DNA of 64,000 nt from Rhynchopus sp. YZ270_cl-10. Taxonomy: Eukaryota. Of the stretch, positions 57,322-64,000 are shown piece by piece; positions within the stretch are counted from its first letter, which is position 1; every line of letters starts with the position of its first letter. The position numbers and the translations under genes are program-made. A model generated the notes under the pieces. That model saw nothing but the letters and a program-made list of their open reading frames with translations. It was not told the origin of the DNA and made no database searches. The DNA lies in NCBI GenBank assembly GCA_964035575.1, contig OZ037844.1:248001-312000 (forward strand), written 5' to 3'.

Positions 57322-59304
57322 TCACAAGGATGGGTCCGCACCAAGCTCACGGAGAAACTTAGCCACATCTGGATGTCTAAATTGATTTGCGCGGTACAAC
57401 GAAGTCATGCCACGTTGATTTGCGTGGTTCACGTCTACCTCCGGTAAGGACGCAAGATAGCGCACAGTCTCGGTATTCCCAACAGACGACGCAAGCACAA
57501 GACACGTGTCACCATCGTTGTTTGCGACACACACTCCCGCACCTGCTCTGACCAACATCTTCACAATATCGAGATTCCCTGAAAATCGTACCTTGATGCT
57601 AGCGTTGAGCAGAGGCGAACGACCCTTCTCGTCCTTAGCCTCAATATCTGCACCCGCATCAATGAGCACCTGAATCACGTCTGGGTATTGTCGCACAACT
57701 GCACGGTTCAACGCAGTGCAGCCCGTGCTATCAGCGTGCTCCAAGTCCACCTCAGGCATGCACAGAAGAGTACGCACAGTCTCGGTGTGTCCACAACATG
57801 CCGCAAGGATAAGACACGTGCCACCGCTGTAGTCTCTAACGTACACTCCCGCACCTGCTTTGACCAACGCCTTCACAACATAGGGTGATCCTGCACCACA
57901 AGCCCATTGAAGAGGTGAACGTCCCTTCTCGTTCCTTGTCTCAATGTCTGCCCCTGCATCAATGAGCAGCTGAGCTACTTCAGCATAGTCTTCTCCACCT
58001 GCCAAGTGCAACGCAGTGTGGCCTTTATCACCAGAGTGATTCACGTCCACATCCTTCAAACCTGCAAGATAGCGCACAGTCTCAGTGCGTCCATTGGCAA
58101 CCGCAAGGGTAAGACATGTGTATCCTTTGTTGTCTGTGACACGCACGTCCGCACCTGCTTTGACCAACATCTTCAGAACATCGAGTGATCCTGAAATGCT
58201 CGCCTTGTGAAGAGGAGAACGTCCCCTCGTGTCCTTCACATCAATATCTGCTCCTGCATCAATGAGCACCTCCACCACGTCTGGGTGGTTTCGCACAACT
58301 GCATGGCCCAACGCAGTGCAGCCCGTGCTATCAGCGTGCTTCAAGTCCACCTCCTTCAAGCCCACAAGATAGCGCACAGTCTCGGTGTGTCCCATATAAG
58401 ACGCAAGCACAAGGCACGTAACTCCTCTGTTGTCTGTTACATTGCCCGCACCTGCACCTGCTTGGACTAACACTTTCACAACATCGAGTGCTCCTGACAT
58501 GCTAGCCTTGTGAAGAGGTGAACGTCCATTTTCGTTCCTGGTCTGGATGTCTGCCCCTGCAGCAATGAGTACCTGAGCTACTTCAGGATAGTTCTTTTGA
58601 CATGCCAAGAACAACGCAGTGTGGCCTTTCCCTTTATCACCAGAGTGATTCACGTCCACATCCTTCAAACCCACAAGATAGCGCACAGTCTCGGTGTGCT
58701 CATGAAATGCCGCAACGAGAAGAGGTGTTAGGCCATAGCTGTCTGTGACACACACTCCTGCGGCAGCTGCCACCAAAATTTTCGCAACTGCGAGTGCTCC
58801 CGAACAGCAAGACATGTGCAGAGGAGAACGTCCCATGTCGTCCTTTGTCTCGATGTCTGCCCCTGCATCACTGAGCACCTGACACACTGCAGGGTCCTCC
58901 CACATGGCTGGACAGGGTCGGTTTTCTCTGTCCTCCTGCCCGTGTGGGACAAACGCAACGTTGCTGCAGACAGACTTCCAATGCTGCAAGAGGACCTCCG
59001 TGCACGCAGTGTGGTCTGCGTGGATGCACTCACTCAGCAGCATCCCAAAGCCCATCTGCGTTGTCTCAACATACGGAAGAAGCAGTGCGAGGCATTCATC
59101 GTGGTTCCCTCTGCATGCCTCGTGCACGGCATCGAAGGCAACTGTTTTGCTGTCTGTGTCTGGGCTGAGCTTCTCAAGTCCCGCCCGCACGGCAGTCGTG
59201 TCGCCGTTCCTGGCAGCCTCCACCAAGACCTCGTCTGCAGAAAGTGTTGTGCTGTTTGGTGCCTTCTCATCAGGTGTGCTGTCTGCGTGTTGCTCCTTTG
59301 ACAT
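57322..59304 (-). CDS. Ankyrin family copy A14 (660 aa), distinct canonical ankyrin C-terminus (LRELGADPSL)
   Basis: Complete ORF. Confidence 0.93.
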   Translation of the reverse strand: MSKEQHADSTPDEKAPNSTTLSADEVLVEAARNGDTTAVRAGLEKLSPDTDSKTVAFDAVHEACRGNHDECLALLLPYVETTQMGFGMLLSECIHADHTACTEVLLQHWKSVCSNVAFVPHGQEDRENRPCPAMWEDPAVCQVLSDAGADIETKDDMGRSPLHMSCCSGALAVAKILVAAAAGVCVTDSYGLTPLLVAAFHEHTETVRYLVGLKDVDVNHSGDKGKGHTALFLACQKNYPEVAQVLIAAGADIQTRNENGRSPLHKASMSGALDVVKVLVQAGAGAGNVTDNRGVTCLVLASYMGHTETVRYLVGLKEVDLKHADSTGCTALGHAVVRNHPDVVEVLIDAGADIDVKDTRGRSPLHKASISGSLDVLKMLVKAGADVRVTDNKGYTCLTLAVANGRTETVRYLAGLKDVDVNHSGDKGHTALHLAGGEDYAEVAQLLIDAGADIETRNEKGRSPLQWACGAGSPYVVKALVKAGAGVYVRDYSGGTCLILAACCGHTETVRTLLCMPEVDLEHADSTGCTALNRAVVRQYPDVIQVLIDAGADIEAKDEKGRSPLLNASIKVRFSGNLDIVKMLVRAGAGVCVANNDGDTCLVLASSVGNTETVRYLASLPEVDVNHANQRGMTSLYRANQFRHPDVAKFLRELGADPSL

Positions 59305-60282
59305 GGTTTGTGAAGATGTTGATATTCAATGTTGTGTCTTTTATGCTGTTTCTTTTTGTGGAGGTGAATATCAATGTTCTGTGTAAACATTTGACGGGGG
59401 AAACGCACATGCAATCAAAAAAGTATTTTTTATTTTTCTTTTTTTCCCCTCTTTACAGACAAGTCCTGTGCTGCATCGGTAGGTTTAAATGACCTAAAAA
59501 GTCCCCAAAAAAAGAAGAAAAAAGTTTTTCTAAGATGAACCTAAGCCTCTGTACTTAGTCACCTAAAAAAGCATCTAAAGAAGGCATAGCTGCACACATC
59601 ATAGAAAAAAATGCAACTTTAAATACGTAGCTCTCTCGTGACAGTGTGCCTATATTGCCTTTATCAAAAAGAAGAAATCTATCCATGCTGAAAGCACAAT
59701 TTTTCCCTACCCCCTTCAATCACAACCCAGGGTGGTAAGGTATAATAATTGATGTAGGTGGGTAAAGGGAAGGGTAATTGCTAATAAGAAATAACGGGTG
59801 TACTGTGGAAAACCACGCACCCAATTTTCGAAAACCACCGGGTGCTGATGCACCTGGTGTGATCGACGATGTATTCTGTGTTCGTTCTGCTCTGCTCCAC
59901 ACGACGATGCGTGGGAAGCCTGTGGACGACAACGAGCACACCGAGTCCGTCTCTAGTCATTGAGCAGATGGTCATCGAGCCTCCCCATATCCACAGCACA
60001 CCCCGTTTTTCCGGTAGCAATTACTTTTTTAAAATTCAATCCAAAAACGGTTGTTAAAAAAAGACATCTATTTCACGTCGGACTAGTCGGGGGCGGAGCT
60101 ACTGGTAGTGCTACTAGCCCAAATGAGTGCAAATGTTTTACGACAAGCATTCCACCAGCACCACTAGTAGTTTAGCACAGTCGTTCCGTTGCGACCGGTA
60201 CTTCCACTAGTAGCCCCCTCCTCGACTAGCCCGCCATGTTGAAACCCCTCTCCCACCCCCTCCCCCTCCTCCCCCCTCCATT

Positions 60283-61332
60283 TTATATTGCATCCACTGA
60301 GTGTTCTGGCCGGTATTGCCCTGGTGTGTTCTTCTCCGACTGGAACCCGAGCCCGACACGATGCTGCACCCGCCCTGCACCAGAAGCACCCAGCGCCGAA
60401 TACGGGGTATGCCCCATCGGCGTCGTTTGGCTCGCCAGCAGCGCTGCATGCTTGCCCCCCACCATCTTTGTCCCCGCCTCCTGCGGCGTGGACGGGAGAG
60501 ACGGAACGCCCATCCTGCTTGGTGTGTTTTGGTGCCCTTCGGGGGAGTTCAGTTGCGGCGAATTATCGGGAGAGAGTGACCATTTGTCGGACCCCCCTTG
60601 GGAACGACGTTCCTGCATCTGCGATCGGATCCGCAGCGCGTCGGCAGCGAGACCCTGCAGGGGGACGTCCCTTTCGCTGAAGGTCGACAGGCGGTATTCC
60701 AGCTCCCTCCGCGAGGCCTCTTCGCCCTCTCTCTTACGCCGTTCGTCAGCCAACGCGGTGGCAGCCTTAGCTGACCCTACCAGGGACACAACTACCTCCT
60801 CCTCCTTTGCTTGCAGCCTTGCTTTGACAGCATCGAGCTCAGATACAACCTTGGTGTGCTCCTCCTTCAGACGCTCTTCATGCGAAACGCAACGACGTAG
60901 GTCAGACACCGCAGACTCATAAGAAGCTTGGAGATCCTCCATTTGAGCCCGCATATGGTCACGTTCTGTGGAAAATGAGGCACGTTCGTGAGATAAAAGA
61001 GTATCAAAGTCGGATTTAAGCCGTTCACGTTCCTTATGGAAAAGCTCTGCTTGTATATCTTGCTGTTGTTGTGGGGTGTTGGAGACCTGGAGTAGGAGGT
61101 CCATGCATTCCTCCAGAGCGGTCTGGAGACGTACGGTCTGCTGGGATTCGCGGGTGGCCTCCTCGCGGAGGGAGCGGTTCTGGGCCTGGAGTGCGCGGTT
61201 CTCGGTCTGCAGGGCGGACACTTCCTGGAGCGCAGCCTCGAGCTGTGATGCTTCTCGCGATGCGTCTCGCACCGCAGGGGTGGAGGAGCGGGAGGGAAGC
61301 GCCCTTGGTCTGCTTTGATGTGAGAGGGGCAT
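60283..61332 (-). CDS. Hypothetical coiled-coil protein (349 aa as one ORF; exon structure unverified)
   Basis: Heptad-like E/Q/R/L-rich central region and a disordered tail. Confidence 0.65.
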   Translation of the reverse strand: MPLSHQSRPRALPSRSSTPAVRDASREASQLEAALQEVSALQTENRALQAQNRSLREEATRESQQTVRLQTALEECMDLLLQVSNTPQQQQDIQAELFHKERERLKSDFDTLLSHERASFSTERDHMRAQMEDLQASYESAVSDLRRCVSHEERLKEEHTKVVSELDAVKARLQAKEEEVVVSLVGSAKAATALADERRKREGEEASRRELEYRLSTFSERDVPLQGLAADALRIRSQMQERRSQGGSDKWSLSPDNSPQLNSPEGHQNTPSRMGVPSLPSTPQEAGTKMVGGKHAALLASQTTPMGHTPYSALGASGAGRVQHRVGLGFQSEKNTPGQYRPEHSVDAI

Positions 61333-61673
61333 CTTGGGGTGGGGGGGTATGGGTGTATCCTGAGGGTGGTGGTGGTGATGCTATAACAGGATTTTTTGGT
61401 GCTCCGGGAGGGGTCGATATTTTGACAGGTCGTCAACCGATTTCCGAAAAGCATTTTTTTTGCATAAAAATGCACGTATTTCAAAGTAACATACAAATAG
61501 CATGACAGTGTACCTTGGTGCAAGGACCAGCTGTGGACCCCAATCATCCATTTCGAAAAAAAGGCAAATGAATTATTTCATATACATTATTTTCTTAACG
61601 AAAAATGCAAAGGGAAGGCCCATTATTCCAATCCATGTTACAATGTAACAATGGGGGGGGGGGGGGGGGGGGG

Positions 61674-62861
61674 TAGGGGGGGGCAAAACCTTCAGGACGG
61701 GTGAGGCATTTTTGGAAAAAGTGGTTTTGTGAGCAAAAAACCTGTCAACACCCCTCATACCCCCCAGAAATGGGTCAGAAACACCCTGAGACCCGAAAAT
61801 CCATGATTAGGGCACCTCAGAATATGAAAAAATGCAAAAAAAATAGTGAAAAAGTGGCTTTTGACGGTTTTGGCCATGTTGGGTAAAATGGCCATTTTTT
61901 GAGAAAAAAATCAAAAAAACAGCAAAATTTCGACATCATGACAGCTGCTTGGGCACGAAACTACCCCAAAAATGTCCTGTGAGTCCATTCCGACCTGTTT
62001 TGGACACTTTAGGCACTTGTTTTGGTGTTTTTTTTGGTGTTTTGAGGTCAAAAAAGATCCCCTGACTATCCCCTGGCAGCCCTGGGCCGCGACTTGCGCC
62101 CTGCTTTTAGACCCACTCTGGGCCAAAAAATGGGCGAAAACCTCCGAAAAAGCACTCTGGGAGCCCAGATAGTTCCAAATTTCCACCGCACACCCTCAAA
62201 AACACCTCAAAAACATGTCAGAAAAACATTTTCAAAAACACACTTTTTCAAATAAGTCATTATGGAACCTGCCCAGATGAACTTTTTGAAAAAAGTGTGT
62301 TTTTGAAAATATTTTTCTGGCATGTTTTTGAGGTGTTTGGGTGGGTTTCTGGTGGATATATGGAACTATCTGGGTCCCCGGAGTGCTTTTTCGAGGGTTT
62401 TCACCCATTTTTTGGCCCAGAGGGGGTCCAAAAGCAGGGCGCAAGTCGCGGCCCAGGGCTGCCAGGGGATAGTCAGGGGATCTTTTTTGACCTCAAAACA
62501 CCAAAAAAACACCAAAAAAGGCGATAAATGTGTTCAAAACAGGTCGGAATGGACTCGCGGGACATTTTTGGGGCATATTTGTGCCCAGACAGGCCTAATG
62601 ATGACAAATTTTTGCTTTTTTTTTTGAAATATTGGTCAAAAATGGCCATTTGACCAAAATGGCCCAAACGGCCAAAATGGTCTATTTTTGCTATTTTTTT
62701 CCATTTTTTTGTATCTCTGGGGTGTCTCACCTATAGAACACCCCCAAACCACACCCCAAAACCATCTCTGACCCGAAATTTTCGGTGGTTTGCGGGTACT
62801 TTGCACGTAAATCCAAAAAAATCGAAATGCCTCAAAAAAATAGGGGTTTTGCCCCCACCTA
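61674..62861. mobile_element. Foldback element with long inverted arms and 17-bp TIR
   Basis: TAGGGGGGGGCAAAACC ... GGTTTTGCCCCCACCTA (16/17). ~61830-62240 is the inverse of ~62295-62710. The arm is homologous to ~1345-1580. Confidence 0.8.
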
Positions 62862-62867
62862 GGCATA

Positions 62868-63691
62868 CTGTGCAGGCGAGTAAAAAAAACTCGCCTACTC
62901 GCCAAAAACTCGCCTAAAACTCGCCCATTTTTGGGGGGCGAGTTTTGGCGAGTTTTTTTTTTTTGGTAGGGATTTTACCTTGGGAAAAGTGTACACACGA
63001 AAATATGAGGGAAATTTGAGTTTTGAAGAAAAAAATTTTTTCGTTCCACTTGAACAAGACCTCTGCAGTTTGCTTTGTAGACTTCCACAACCAGTACCAC
63101 CAGTCCAGCTGTACCTTCTGCGGATCCATGAAGCTTGCACAGATGGGTGCGATGTAGTCGTGGGGGAATACCGCCAAGGGGTGGCCTGCAGGGTTGCCAT
63201 TTACCGGCATGACGAGGACATTGTTGTATAGCGAGTGTAGCCCCGGCTCATGTCTTCGTCATCCTCCGGATTGTAGCACGTCTTGTCCCCCGGGATCTAC
63301 GGCACGCTTGGATCTTCCCCTGGAGCAAATGTTTACATACATGCCTGTCAGCCACTGCCGTGACATGGTTGCCTTTAGACGTACAAGTGACACAATTTCA
63401 ATTTTTTTGTGTGTTTTTTGAGTGGCATGTTGTCATCAGTCACCCCCGCCCTCCATTTTCACATCCTGGTGCACATTTTCACCCCCAAGGTGCGTATGTG
63501 CACCAGGATTTGCACCCAAATGTGGGCGAGTTTAGGCGAGTTTTTGGCGAGTTTAGGCGAGTTTTGGCGAGTTTTTGGCGAGTTTTGGCGAGTAATAGGC
63601 GAGTAATGGGCGAGTAGGGCGAGTTTTTGGCGAGTTTTTCCTGAAAATCAGGAAAACGAAAAACTCGCCTAAAAACGGCTCGCCTGCACAG
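62868..63691. mobile_element. 824-bp non-autonomous TIR element with TA TSD
   Basis: TA|CTGTGCAGGCGAG ... CTCGCCTGCACAG|TA, with many GGCGAGT/ACTCGCC subterminal repeats. Confidence 0.85.
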
Positions 63692-63716
63692 TACACGACG
63701 CGGTCCAGGACCAATT

Positions 63717-63829
63717 TCACTTGTCATGGTGACAAGTGAAATGACAAGTGAAATGTATGACAAGTGGTCACTTGTCATGACAAGTGACTCACTTGTCATG
63801 ACAAGTGAACCACTTGTCATGACAAGTGA
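63717..63829. repeat. Tandem palindromes CACTTGTCATGACAAGTG
   Basis: Direct reading: three full and several partial copies. Confidence 0.85.
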
Positions 63830-64000
63830 TTTACCTGAGGAATGCCTGTGAGCTCATGATTTCATTTATTCCTACATGAAATGAAGTAAAAAAATGTAAA
63901 ATGATGTACTTTTTATCTCTTTCTTTTTTAGCCTGATGTGGGTAGTGGCGGCTATCTGATGGTTTTCTTTTATTGATTAGGGAGTGGGTTGTGCAGGCAA

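Noticed and set aside
5884..59304. Diversity-generating retroelement or recombinase-driven cassette switching
   Set aside because: No reverse transcriptase, recombinase, template/variable repeat pair or signal sequences were seen in the window, and variation is not adenine-specific by eye.

Overview
Eukaryotic, repeat-rich window. A euglenozoan (probably diplonemid-like) origin is inferred, not shown. The evidence is that every recognisable host gene is on the minus strand, GT-AG introns occur, and the 11S proteasome activator has a PA26-type loop. The dominant feature is a family of intronless ankyrin-repeat genes: 13 copies with the N-terminus, plus fragments. All share a near-invariant ~120-aa head. 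The head is followed by a short loop that varies in length and sequence, then by a variable number of ~100-aa (300-nt) three-ankyrin modules with conserved scaffold and variable surface positions. The copies look recombined, which suggests a diversifying binder repertoire. Single-copy genes are a Pro/Thr-rich type I surface protein, a ubiquitin-like/ankyrin protein, a two-exon PA28/PA26-like activator, a J-domain-like/RNA-cyclase-like fusion lacking catalytic motifs, a CinA/PncC-like protein, a WD40-like fragment and a coiled-coil protein. Mobile DNA includes a spliced hAT transposase, several TIR elements and MITEs with readable target-site duplications (one has an empty paralogous site in the window), foldback elements and three satellites. 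A short dispersed repeat recurs in one orientation between genes. All protein calls come from motif recognition by eye; no database search was run.
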